In this document: positions 39,916 to 49,652 of the stretch, piece after piece
How the letters are laid out: each line of letters starts with the position of its first letter
Position numbering within the stretch: the first letter of the stretch is position 1
Translations under genes and position numbers: made by a program
Notes under the pieces: model-generated
What the model was told of the DNA's origin: nothing
The model's database searches: none
The model's input: the letters and a program-made list of their open reading frames with translations, nothing else
Assembly (NCBI GenBank): GCA_023129485.1
Contig: JAGMBY010000041.1
Span: 1 to 49,807, forward strand
Length of the DNA: 49,807 bases
Source: Actinomycetes bacterium
Lineage (GTDB): Bacteria > Actinomycetota > Humimicrobiia > JAHJRV01
Reading direction: 5' to 3'

Positions 39916-41688
39916 ATGAATTTTCTTAAAAAGATAATTTTAACGATTGTAGCACTTTCAATAGTTGCATCATTATCACTTACAATCATTGGTTGTCCTC
40001 CAGCACCACCTGCTGAAGAAGTTGAAGAAGTTGAAGAAGTTGAAGAAGTTGAAGAAGTTGTTGGACCAAAACCTGGTGGAAATTTAATCATTGCACAATG
40101 GAGCTCTCCTGATGGTCCATGGGATCCAACTCTTTATACAGATGCTTATACAGCAATGTCCTTGGATTTAATAATGGAAGGATTAGCCGCTTATAATGAA
40201 AATCTAGAATTGATTCCATGGTTAGCGGAAAGCTGGGAAATCTCAGAAGATCAGAAGGAAATTATACTCTACATAAGAGAGGGTATTAAGTGGCATGATG
40301 GAGAAGACTTTACTGCTGAGGATGTATCATTTACATTCCATGTAATGGGAAATCCAGAATATTTAGGTGTTAGATATGGTGAAGTTGTAGAACCACTGCT
40401 TGGAGCACCAGCATATAAGGAAGGTACAGCAGATAAAATAGAGGGTATAGAAGTGATTGATCCTCTTACAATAAAGTTCACATTTGGGGAAGTTTATGCA
40501 CCTGCAATAGAGTCCTGTGGATTCTCAGTGATCCCAAAACATATTTTTGAAGGTAATACTGGAGCAGCTCAGAGAGACTTTACAACTTCTGCTGATTTTG
40601 TACCAATTGGAACAGGTCCATACAAATGGGTAGCTTATGAAACAGACCAATATGTAGAACTTGCCAGAAATGAAGATTGGTGGGGATATGAATATGGTAT
40701 GGGTGCAGGTGGAGAAGGTACAGGCGAAGGTCCTTTTGTAGATACCATTTTTTGTAAGATAATGGATCAAGATACAGGTCTTGCTGCCTTCTTAGCTGAA
40801 GAAGTTGACGCAGTTTCTGTTCCTATTGCTGAATATGATATGATAGCTGAAGTTGAATTTGCTCAAATGTATGAAGTTCCAGGAGGCGGATTCCAGCATT
40901 TTGCTCTAAATCAGTATAAAGCTCCATTTAATGATGTGAAGTTCAGACAAGCAGTTTGTTATGCAATTAACAGACAGAGCATAATAGATAATATCCTTGA
41001 TGGTCATGGAGTTGTTGTAGCTTCACCAATCTGGTCAGAATCGTGGGCTCATAATCCTGAGGTGGAACCGTTCCCATATGATCCTGAAAAAGCTAAGGAA
41101 CTCTTAGATGAAGCAGGATATTTAGATACAGATGAAGATGGTATTAGAGAGTATGATGGAGAGCCAATGATATTTGATCTATTCTACCCAACTGGAAACA
41201 TGGTGAGAATGGCTTCAATGCCTCTTATCTGGAATAACTTAACAGCTGTTGGAATTGAAGTAAGAGGAGAACTTCAGGATTGGCCAACACTTACTGAACA
41301 TGCATTTCCTGAGGATAGAAAAATTGAGCCAGATGACTATGATACATATCTAATGGGTTGGAGCCTTAGTATTGATCCTGATGCAGCAGTTATATGGAGC
41401 AGCAAGTATGCACATCCAGACGGATACAATGGTTATGGATATGCAAATGAAACCACAGATGCGATGTGGGATGAAGGTGTAAAGTATGTGGATACTGAAA
41501 AGAGAAAAGAAATCTACTACGAACTGGAAAAGATATTGGCAGAGGAACTACCAACCATCTTCTTATATAACGATAATGAAATTGTTGCAGTAAATGATAG
41601 AGTTAAAGGTGTTACAATAGTACCAGGTCTATGGGATTATGCAGCAAAAGTGTTCTTTGATATATTCAATGTTTGGATAGAAGAATAG
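39916..41688 (+). CDS. ABC transporter substrate-binding lipoprotein, family 5 (Opp/Dpp/Nik-type peptide binding).
   Basis: It has a signal peptide plus lipobox LTIIG|C, a family-5 fold signature (ESWE.S.D....F.LR.G.KWHDG..FTAEDV) and an AAGGAGG RBS. Length is 590 aa. Confidence 0.88.
   Translation: MNFLKKIILTIVALSIVASLSLTIIGCPPAPPAEEVEEVEEVEEVEEVVGPKPGGNLIIAQWSSPDGPWDPTLYTDAYTAMSLDLIMEGLAAYNENLELIPWLAESWEISEDQKEIILYIREGIKWHDGEDFTAEDVSFTFHVMGNPEYLGVRYGEVVEPLLGAPAYKEGTADKIEGIEVIDPLTIKFTFGEVYAPAIESCGFSVIPKHIFEGNTGAAQRDFTTSADFVPIGTGPYKWVAYETDQYVELARNEDWWGYEYGMGAGGEGTGEGPFVDTIFCKIMDQDTGLAAFLAEEVDAVSVPIAEYDMIAEVEFAQMYEVPGGGFQHFALNQYKAPFNDVKFRQAVCYAINRQSIIDNILDGHGVVVASPIWSESWAHNPEVEPFPYDPEKAKELLDEAGYLDTDEDGIREYDGEPMIFDLFYPTGNMVRMASMPLIWNNLTAVGIEVRGELQDWPTLTEHAFPEDRKIEPDDYDTYLMGWSLSIDPDAAVIWSSKYAHPDGYNGYGYANETTDAMWDEGVKYVDTEKRKEIYYELEKILAEELPTIFLYNDNEIVAVNDRVKGVTIVPGLWDYAAKVFFDIFNVWIEE
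40015..40059 (+). repeat. Perfect 9-bp tandem repeat (GAAGAAGTT x5) inside the binding-protein gene. It encodes (EEV)5 in the linker just after the lipidated Cys.
   Basis: Read directly from the sequence: five uninterrupted identical units. Confidence 0.95.
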
Positions 41689-41717
41689 TACCAATCATCG
41701 TTCAAAAAATAAAAAGT

Positions 41718-41755
41718 AACAACATGCAACCTACTTAGGTTGCATGTTGTTTATT
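41718..41755 (+). terminator. Strong hairpin after the substrate-binding gene (intra-operon terminator/attenuator).
   Basis: AACAACATGCAACCT-ACTT-AGGTTGCATGTTGTT is a 15-bp perfect stem, followed by TATT. Confidence 0.65.
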
Positions 41756-41911
41756 AAAGAATATTTTATAATTTTTATAATTAAATAAAAAGATTATTTT
41801 TAAATTTATTGAAAAAAATTATTCTTTTAATTATACTGTTTTTGAATTGAATTTATAGTTTGAAAAATCTTATTTTTTTATATAATTATTTTCTAGGAGA
41901 GTGATTTTTAG

Positions 41912-42865
41912 TTGAGGCAATATATTACGAGAAGAGTAATTCAGATAATACCAATAGTTATTGGTATAACAATTGTAACATTCTTTTTGATTAAAATGTG
42001 CCCGGGTAATCCTCTCAAAGCTATGCTTTTTAACCCAGATATTAAACCTGAAGAAAGAGCAAGATTAGAAAGATTATACGGTTTTGATGATCCTATTTAT
42101 GTACAATATTTTAGATGGTTAGCTAGACTACTAAAAGGAGATTTAGGTTGGTCTTTATATACAAGTAGACCTGTTACAAAACATATATTAGAGAGAATTG
42201 GTCCAACAGCTATTTTAGCGGGATCAACTCTATTTTTAAGTTTTTTAATTGCTATACCCTTTGGTATTTTATCAGCTACTAAACAGTATTCACTTTTAGA
42301 TTACTCCAGTACTGTAATCATTTTCTTTGGGATGTCTTTGCCAATATTTTTCTTAGGTTTAGTAGTTATTTACATTTTTGCTGTGAGATTTGGTATCTTA
42401 CCAACATCTGGAATGAAAACATTAGGAATACCTTTTAGCATTTGGGACAGAATTAAACATCTCATACTACCCATATCTGTTTTAACATTCTATCAAATTG
42501 CACCTGTTGTAAGATATGCAAGGTCAAGCATGTTGGAGGTAATAAGGGAAGATTATGTAAGAACAGCAAGGTCAAAAGGTATCTCGGAAAGAGATGTTAT
42601 TTACAAACATGCATTAAGAAATGCTTTAATTCCTATTGTAACTCTTTTTGGGTTAAGCATACCTTTCATTTTCAATGGAGCTTTTATAACAGAAACCATT
42701 TTTGCTTGGCCTGGTATGGGTAGATTAGCAGTAGGGGCTGTATTTCAAAGAGATTATCCAATACTTATGGGAACAACTCTTGTTACAGCCATACTGGTTT
42801 TATTAGGAAATCTTATTGCAGACATATTATATGCTGTGGTTGACCCAAGAATAAGATATAAATAA
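41912..42865 (+). CDS. Peptide ABC transporter permease (OppB/DppB type).
   Basis: The N-terminus is MRQYITRRVIQIIP, the EAA-loop region is EDYVRTARSKG and the C-terminus is DPRIRYK. The TTG start is 10 nt after AGGAGAG. Confidence 0.88.
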   Translation: MRQYITRRVIQIIPIVIGITIVTFFLIKMCPGNPLKAMLFNPDIKPEERARLERLYGFDDPIYVQYFRWLARLLKGDLGWSLYTSRPVTKHILERIGPTAILAGSTLFLSFLIAIPFGILSATKQYSLLDYSSTVIIFFGMSLPIFFLGLVVIYIFAVRFGILPTSGMKTLGIPFSIWDRIKHLILPISVLTFYQIAPVVRYARSSMLEVIREDYVRTARSKGISERDVIYKHALRNALIPIVTLFGLSIPFIFNGAFITETIFAWPGMGRLAVGAVFQRDYPILMGTTLVTAILVLLGNLIADILYAVVDPRIRYK

Positions 42866-42925
42866 TATTAAAAATAAATTTATTTAAAAATTATAAGTTT
42901 ATTTAATAATTAGGAGTGTGAAAAT

Positions 42926-43837
42926 TTGGGAAATAATCCTGTATTAGAAGAAATTGAAAAGAAAATTGATTATACTGTTGCAAAAAAACCTATAACTCTT
43001 CGTTCTATAATATGGAAAAGATTTAAGAAAAACAAATTAGCTTTAGTAGGATTGATATTAATATCTATTCTTGTAATTGTTGCAATTTTTGCTAACTTTA
43101 TTGCACCATATCCAGCAACAACAGTTGATTTTGCTAATAAAAAATTACCACCTTCTAAAGAACATATCTTAGGAACTGATGAATTAGGCTGTGATGTATT
43201 ATCAAGACTCATTTATGGTGCAAGAATTTCATTATCTATAGGATTGGTTGCTGTTTGTTTATATGTTTCTATTGGAATATTAATAGGTGCTATTTCAGGT
43301 TTTTTTGGTGGCTGGATAGATGCTATCCTTATGAGATTTACAGATGTTATTATCTCATTTCCTTGGTTAGTATTAGTTATTCTTGTGGCTGCAATTTTAG
43401 GTCCAAGTATATATAATGTTATGTTAATTATTGGATTAACAGGTTGGACTACTGTGGCAAGACTTGTAAGGGGTGAATTTCTAAAGCTAAAAGAGATGGA
43501 ATATACTTTGGCTGCAAGAGGTTTGGGTGCAAATAACTTTAGAATAATATTTACTCATCTATTACCAAATGCATTTGCTCCAGTTTTAGTAGCAGCAACT
43601 ATGGGAGTAGCTGATGCTATTATAATTGAAGCAGCATTAAGTTTTTTAGGTTTAGGAGTTGCTTTTCCTGATACAAGTTGGGGTCAGATGATGCATGCAG
43701 CTCAATCGTTATCAGTATTAAGTAGAATGCCTTGGTTGTGGTTACCACCAGGAATTCTAATTTCAATTGCTGTTTTGTGTATTAATTTTATTGGTGATGG
43801 ATTAAGAGATGCATTAGACCCAAAATTAATTCGATAG
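42926..43837 (+). CDS. Peptide ABC transporter permease (OppC/DppC type).
   Basis: It has HILGTDELGCDVLSRLIYGAR, an EAA-loop region and a C-terminal GDGLRDALDPK. The TTG start follows AGGAG. Confidence 0.88.
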   Translation: MGNNPVLEEIEKKIDYTVAKKPITLRSIIWKRFKKNKLALVGLILISILVIVAIFANFIAPYPATTVDFANKKLPPSKEHILGTDELGCDVLSRLIYGARISLSIGLVAVCLYVSIGILIGAISGFFGGWIDAILMRFTDVIISFPWLVLVILVAAILGPSIYNVMLIIGLTGWTTVARLVRGEFLKLKEMEYTLAARGLGANNFRIIFTHLLPNAFAPVLVAATMGVADAIIIEAALSFLGLGVAFPDTSWGQMMHAAQSLSVLSRMPWLWLPPGILISIAVLCINFIGDGLRDALDPKLIR

Positions 43838-43851
43838 ATTAAGGGGAATTA

Positions 43852-44829
43852 ATGATTATAGGAAATGATGAAATAATAAAAATAAAAGGATTAAAAACTT
43901 ATTTTCATACCGATGATGGAGTAGTTAAAGCTGTAGATGGTGTTGATTTTGATATTAGAAAAGGTGAAACAATGGGACTTGTAGGTGAATCCGCCTGTGG
44001 AAAAACAGTGACCGCTCTCTCTATAATGAGATTAGTTGAATCTCCACCTGGAAAAATAGAAGAAGGGGAAGTCTTATATAAAGGAGAGAATTTATTAAAA
44101 ATTTCTCAGGAAAGAATGAGGAAAGTAAGAGGGAATGAAATAAGTATGATATTTCAGGAACCAATGACTTCACTCAATCCAGTTTTTACAATTGGGAGGC
44201 AGCTTTCAGAGGTTTTAATACTTCATCAAAATATGAGTAAAAACGAAGCTTTAGATAAATCTGAAGAAATGATAAAACTTGTAGGTATACCAAGACCAAG
44301 GGAAATCTTAAAAGGCTATTCCCATGAACTGAGTGGTGGGATGAGACAAAGAGCAATGATAGCTATGGCTCTTTCATGTAATCCAGGTCTTTTAATAGCA
44401 GATGAACCAACAACTGCATTAGATGTAACTATTCAAGCCCAGATTCTTGAATTAATAAAGAGTCTTCAAGAAAGTATTGGAATGACAGTTTTATTTATTA
44501 CACATGATTTAGGTGTAATTGCTGAAGTCTCAGATAGAGTAGCAGTAATGTATGCTGGTAAAATACAGGAATTTGGTACTGCTGAAGGAATATTTTTAGA
44601 ACACATTCATCCTTACACCGAAGGACTTTTAAAATCTATCCCAATGTTAAATGTGAGGAAGAAAAAATTGGATGTCATAGAGGGAAGTGTTCCTGATCCT
44701 CTTAATTTTCCACCTGGTTGTAAATTCAATCCGAGATGCAAATATAAAATTGGCAAGTGTGAAAAAGAGGAACCAAAACTTTTAGAAATTAAACCTGGTC
44801 ATCTGTTGAGATGTTGGGTAAAAGTATAA
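43852..44829 (+). CDS. Peptide ABC transporter ATP-binding protein (OppD/DppD type).
   Basis: It has Walker A GESACGKT, signature LSGGMRQR, Walker B LLIADEPTTALD and the C-terminal oligopeptide-type Cys motif (PPGCKFNPRC). Confidence 0.9.
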   Translation: MIIGNDEIIKIKGLKTYFHTDDGVVKAVDGVDFDIRKGETMGLVGESACGKTVTALSIMRLVESPPGKIEEGEVLYKGENLLKISQERMRKVRGNEISMIFQEPMTSLNPVFTIGRQLSEVLILHQNMSKNEALDKSEEMIKLVGIPRPREILKGYSHELSGGMRQRAMIAMALSCNPGLLIADEPTTALDVTIQAQILELIKSLQESIGMTVLFITHDLGVIAEVSDRVAVMYAGKIQEFGTAEGIFLEHIHPYTEGLLKSIPMLNVRKKKLDVIEGSVPDPLNFPPGCKFNPRCKYKIGKCEKEEPKLLEIKPGHLLRCWVKV

Positions 44830-44845
44830 AGTATGAAGGGGTCTT

Positions 44846-45823
44846 ATGGATAATTTAGTTGAAGTTGAAAATTTAGTTAAATATTTTCCTGTAAAAACAG
44901 GTGTTTTTAAAAGAGTATCTGGGTGGGTAAAAGCTGTGGATGGTGTTTCATTTAATATAAAAAAAAGAGAGACTCTTGGGTTAGTTGGTGAGAGTGGATG
45001 TGGAAAAACCACAACTGGAAGATGCATAATAAGATTAATTGAACCTACTTCAGGAAAAATTATGTATAATGGAGAAGATTTACTTACTACTACTACAGAA
45101 AGATTGTTAAAATTGAGGAAGGAAATGCAAATTATTTTCCAAGACCCATTTGCTTCTCTTAATCCTCGAATGAATGTGGGGAGAATAATTGGCGAAGGAC
45201 TTGTAATTCAGAAAAAATATAGTAAATCTGAGATACAGGATAGAGTAATTGATTTATTGAAAAAAGTTGGTTTGGAAGTTGACCATATTAAAAGATATCC
45301 TCATGAATTTAGTGGGGGTCAGAGACAAAGAATAGGAATTGCAAGAGCTTTAGCGGTAAATGCGAAATTTATTGTGTGTGATGAACCTGTTTCTGCACTT
45401 GATGTCTCCATTCAATCTCAGATTCTTAATTTATTGGATGAACTTCAGGATGAATTTGGATTAACCTACCTTTTTATAGCTCATGACTTAAGTGTAGTAG
45501 AACATGTAAGTGACAGGGTAGCTGTAATGTATTTAGGTAAAATTGTAGAAATAGCTTATAGGGATGAGCTTTATGAAAATCCATTACATCCTTATACTAA
45601 GGCACTACTATCCGCTGTTCCAATTCCAGACCCTAGAGTAAAAACTAAAAGAATAATTTTAAAAGGTGATGTCCCAAGTCCTGTTAATGTTCCACCTGGT
45701 TGTAATTTTCACACAAGATGTATGTATCGTAAAGATATATGTTCAAAAGAGATTCCTACATTAAAAGATATGGGTAACGAACATATTGTAGCATGCCACT
45801 ATGCTGGAAAATTAAAATCATAG
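44846..45823 (+). CDS. Peptide ABC transporter ATP-binding protein (OppF/DppF type).
   Basis: It has Walker [10 protein letters not shown], signature FSGGQRQR, Walker B FIVCDEPVSALD and the C-terminal PPGCNFHTRC. Confidence 0.9.
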   Translation: MDNLVEVENLVKYFPVKTGVFKRVSGWVKAVDGVSFNIKKRETLGLVGESGCGKTTTGRCIIRLIEPTSGKIMYNGEDLLTTTTERLLKLRKEMQIIFQDPFASLNPRMNVGRIIGEGLVIQKKYSKSEIQDRVIDLLKKVGLEVDHIKRYPHEFSGGQRQRIGIARALAVNAKFIVCDEPVSALDVSIQSQILNLLDELQDEFGLTYLFIAHDLSVVEHVSDRVAVMYLGKIVEIAYRDELYENPLHPYTKALLSAVPIPDPRVKTKRIILKGDVPSPVNVPPGCNFHTRCMYRKDICSKEIPTLKDMGNEHIVACHYAGKLKS

Positions 45824-45896
45824 AATGAATACAATCAATGATTTTGAATTAAAAATACCTTTCTTTCATTTTAAAATAATCATTTTTTAATTCTAA

Positions 45897-47645
45897 ATGT
45901 ATATACAAAATAAGTTAATATTTAAAAAATATCTTTCTTCTGTTTTAAGAATAGTTTTATTCTTTTTCTTATTTATAACTTGCTCTCTACTACCACCAAT
46001 TTATGAAAAAATTTATAGTAATCCTGAATTTTCAAGTAAATTTTTGGTAGAAGTGGATGAGGGATTCTCAATTGCAAAAACCATAATTGATAGTTTTGAA
46101 TCAACTTCATATTCTGTATATAAAGATAAACTAAAAGATTATGAGGTTGTGTGGATAGATAGAGTTGATGAGGATCTCTGTCTTAAATTTATCAAATTGG
46201 ATGAAAATCTTAAAACAGTTATTCCTGAAACAATTTTAGATTCCAAAAAAAGATCTTATATAGATTATAAAATCCTTGTTGATGATGTTGGAAAAATTAA
46301 TATTTTCTACTCATCAATTAATAAAGAAAATGGAATAAATTACCTAGATCACATTATGATGGATAAGGATGGAAAAAACATTTCAAACCCAAAATCAATT
46401 TGTGAGGGAATATATATTGATGATATTAATGCATGTTTTGACTCTAAAAAGGATATTTACTTAATATTCTCAGACATTAAGGAAGGTATAAGAGGTACAT
46501 ATGGTATAAAATTTCTTTCAAATGGAGAAATCTCAGATTCTCACAGATTAGAGGAGATATCAAAGGGAAGAGCTAAGAAACTAAAATTAGAGTTATACGA
46601 TGATAAACTTTACTTAATATGGTATGACATTAGAGAGGATCCTAAAAGACCTTTTATATACTTAGGAGTATTTAATCAAGATTTTAAAAAAGTTTTAGAA
46701 AAAAGAGTGGGAAGGACAATCCTGTATGTAGGTAATATTCAAGCAGTTCATTCTGTTAATGAAAATGGAATTTATGTTTTTAGAACAGGTATTGTAACTG
46801 GAGAGGACATGGGTGTTGAGATAGGTGGGCATAATGACATAATTATGGATATATTTGATTTAAGTGGAGAAGATTTTATTAGAGGCAAATTTATAACTAG
46901 AACAGCAAAATGGTCTTACAATCCACATATCTCCTCTAACAAGGACAAAATACACATAGTATGGATGGATAATAGGAATGACAGACTTGATACTTACTAT
47001 AATCTGGTAGATAAAGATGGTAATATTATTAAAGACCAAATGAGAGTGAATAATAAGGGTAAAGATACATATCTACCTAAAGTATTCCCATATGAAGATG
47101 ATTATGCTCATTTCTTTTGGATAGGATTTAATCCCGATCAGACAAGTAAAATTATTTATAAAGATAATAAGGATATAGTTAAGGTTAACATATTTAACAA
47201 ATTGGGAATTGGAGGTAAAAGAGAGTATCTTTTTGGAATGGGGGGTTACCTTTTTTCTCTTACTTTATCCGCTTTAGTATCAATATTATTAAATCTTGGA
47301 GCATTTATTTTAACATTGACTCTTTCCCTATTAATTTCAAATTATTTGAAGTCTAAAATTACAAAAAAAAGCTATTATAATTTAATAATCTTTTCAATCA
47401 TCTTTCTAATATCTTCATTAACTAGATTCTATTTTAAATTTCCTCAAAAATTTCTTTTTGTAGAATTTTATCTTATCTATACTATTATTGGTTTCATATT
47501 CGCATCTATCTTTACACTCTTATTTCATAAGTTCCTTGATTTTAAAGACCAGATTATATTGGAAGTTTTTACAATGGTTTTATCATGGTTTGTTTTTGAA
47601 GGAATATTTTCAACCTTTCCCGCAATTTTAAGAATTTTTGTTTAA
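45897..47645 (+). CDS. Uncharacterised membrane protein. It has an N-terminal anchor/signal, an extracytoplasmic domain of about 400 aa with recurring [VI]W-x-D-x-R strands (beta-propeller-like), and a C-terminal block of about 5 TM helices.
   Basis: The frame is open for 582 aa. The recurring motifs are VVWIDRVDED, LIWYDIREDP, IVWMDNRNDR and FFWIGFNPDQ. I recognise no family-specific catalytic motif. Confidence 0.55.
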   Translation: MYIQNKLIFKKYLSSVLRIVLFFFLFITCSLLPPIYEKIYSNPEFSSKFLVEVDEGFSIAKTIIDSFESTSYSVYKDKLKDYEVVWIDRVDEDLCLKFIKLDENLKTVIPETILDSKKRSYIDYKILVDDVGKINIFYSSINKENGINYLDHIMMDKDGKNISNPKSICEGIYIDDINACFDSKKDIYLIFSDIKEGIRGTYGIKFLSNGEISDSHRLEEISKGRAKKLKLELYDDKLYLIWYDIREDPKRPFIYLGVFNQDFKKVLEKRVGRTILYVGNIQAVHSVNENGIYVFRTGIVTGEDMGVEIGGHNDIIMDIFDLSGEDFIRGKFITRTAKWSYNPHISSNKDKIHIVWMDNRNDRLDTYYNLVDKDGNIIKDQMRVNNKGKDTYLPKVFPYEDDYAHFFWIGFNPDQTSKIIYKDNKDIVKVNIFNKLGIGGKREYLFGMGGYLFSLTLSALVSILLNLGAFILTLTLSLLISNYLKSKITKKSYYNLIIFSIIFLISSLTRFYFKFPQKFLFVEFYLIYTIIGFIFASIFTLLFHKFLDFKDQIILEVFTMVLSWFVFEGIFSTFPAILRIFV

Positions 47646-47650
47646 AGGTT

Positions 47651-48883
47651 TTATTTCTTTTCAGATTTTCTAAAAAATGAAATAAAAGTTACTACTGAAA
47701 GCAGATAAAAGACAAAGCAAATGAAAAATGGGATATTATATCCATAATTTTTCATTATAATTCCAGAATAAAAAGAAGAAATAGCCCATCCCATACTCCA
47801 AATGAAAGATGAAAAACCACTTGTAATACTCCTCTCTTCACTTGGAACAGTCTCCATTACAAAATTACTATATATTGGACTTGCCATATTCATTAAAGCT
47901 TGTCTTATAACATAAAAGATAGCAACCAATGTTATATTTGGAATTAATGCAATCATAAGTAGAAATGGAAGAGATGAAATCTCCAAAATACAAACTCCCA
48001 TAACCTTACCAAATCTTTTTGTCACAAAAGGAATTAAGAAAGAAGCTATGCCAGTTGTTAAAGAACCTAATGCAAAAATAATACCAATCTGAGAAGTACT
48101 TGCATTTAAATGCTTTTTAAAAAAGACATTGAGAAAAGGCATAACCGTTCCTGCTCCTAAACCTAGTAGCAAATGAGGAGTTAATAATTTAGCATATAAT
48201 TTAGGATATTTAATTTTTAAGATTCTTCTACCCAATTTATTGAAGGTGGTGATTTTGTCTTTACTTATTTTTAAAGTAGGTATTAATCCTAAGCTTGAAA
48301 TAATACCACCTAGAATGAGGGATATTCGAAAGATAGTAGCTTCATCTGTAAAATTTGTACAATATTTTATTAAATTTGGAAGGTATCCTCCAAGAACACT
48401 GCCTACAACTGAACTGATCATCATTAATCCAAAACTAAAACCAAAAAGATGAGTCCTTTCAATTTTACTACTTGATTTAGTTAATAATGGACTTCTAACA
48501 ACCATTGATAAAGAAATTACAAATCCTAATGCTAAATTAAAAATAATTAAAAGAATATTACTAGTTGTACTTACAAGCAAAATAGAAAATAATAGGATTA
48601 ATAAGGAACTTATTACTAAAGGTCTTTTTAAGCCAAATCTATGGATAATTAAACCTGCAGGTATTGCCATTAATGCAGTACCGAAATTACCTATAGATGT
48701 TAAATAGCCAATGAAATCTAAATCATACCCTATTTGTAAAATGTAAAGATTAAACAATACATAAAAAATACCATATCCGATATGCGTCAAAAAAATATTT
48801 GCAAGATAAAGTTTTACATCAGACTTAAACAGTTTTATAGTCCTAAAATACTCACTTGTAGGATCTCTTAAATTCTTAATCAC
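47651..48883 (-). CDS. MFS transporter.
   Basis: It is 410 aa with about 12 TM helices in a 6+6 layout and a basic central loop (KDKITTFNKLGRRILKIKYPK). It is convergent with the previous gene, with the stops 5 nt apart. Confidence 0.75.
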   Translation of the reverse strand: MIKNLRDPTSEYFRTIKLFKSDVKLYLANIFLTHIGYGIFYVLFNLYILQIGYDLDFIGYLTSIGNFGTALMAIPAGLIIHRFGLKRPLVISSLLILLFSILLVSTTSNILLIIFNLALGFVISLSMVVRSPLLTKSSSKIERTHLFGFSFGLMMISSVVGSVLGGYLPNLIKYCTNFTDEATIFRISLILGGIISSLGLIPTLKISKDKITTFNKLGRRILKIKYPKLYAKLLTPHLLLGLGAGTVMPFLNVFFKKHLNASTSQIGIIFALGSLTTGIASFLIPFVTKRFGKVMGVCILEISSLPFLLMIALIPNITLVAIFYVIRQALMNMASPIYSNFVMETVPSEERSITSGFSSFIWSMGWAISSFYSGIIMKNYGYNIPFFICFVFYLLSVVTFISFFRKSEKK

Positions 48884-49281
48884 AATCTGAAATTATTTAA
48901 AAATTGTGCTTTTATTTATAAATATTTATTTTTCAAATAACTTTATTAAGTGATGTTTATAATTTGTTATTATTTAATTAAATTTAAATAAATTACATTT
49001 AATATTAAAATTCATTTTTTAAATTTATATTAGATATTTTAATAAAATAACATATGTTTTAAGTATTTTATTTGATAATTTTTAAAAATGGATTACAATT
49101 ATAAAATATTTTTAATAAAGATTATTTTTTAAATAGAAGTTATAATATATAGATTAATAAAAAGCGGTTAAATAAAATAGGATTTAATTAATAGCATATA
49201 ATTCATCCTATTGATGAAATATATATTATTAAAGAATAAATGTAGTTTAAATAAAGTTAATTTTATAAGGAGAAATAAAAA

Positions 49282-49512
49282 ATGTCAACTTTATCAAATG
49301 TATTAATAATAATACATTCAATAATGTGTATAGCTTTGGTTATCATAATACTTCTTCAAGCTGGAAGAGGTGGAGGAATGTCACCTATTTTTGGTGAAAT
49401 TTTCAGTCAAGTAACCAGTTCGAGTACTATAGAAAAAAATCTGAATAGAATAACTATTGCTATTTCAATAATATTTGTCATTACAACAATTTTATTATAT
49501 GTATTACTGTAA
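49282..49512 (+). CDS. secG: Preprotein translocase subunit SecG.
   Basis: It is 76 aa with two TM helices and the LLQAGRGGG motif between them. AAGGAG lies upstream. Confidence 0.85.
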   Translation: MSTLSNVLIIIHSIMCIALVIIILLQAGRGGGMSPIFGEIFSQVTSSSTIEKNLNRITIAISIIFVITTILLYVLL

Positions 49513-49652
49513 TAGATATGAATTATATAGTTATTATTATGAATTTTTATAATTAATGGAAGAATCTCTATTATTAAAATATATTATTGGAATAGATATA
49601 AAATATATATATTAAGTAAGGAATTTTTTTATACAATTAGTTGGAGAAATTT

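Noticed and set aside
40015-40059. Possible CRISPR-like or other regular repeat array.
   Set aside because: The units are 9 bp, contiguous, without spacers and in frame within a CDS, so this is a coding microsatellite. I saw no repeat-spacer architecture anywhere in the window.
39916-45823. The Opp/Dpp operon as a horizontally acquired island (it looks somewhat more GC-rich, and its proteins are more acidic than neighbours).
   Set aside because: I cannot compute composition or codon statistics here. There are no flanking mobile-element genes or repeats, and the difference could reflect expression level or protein type. It is noted only as something a GC or codon-usage scan could test.
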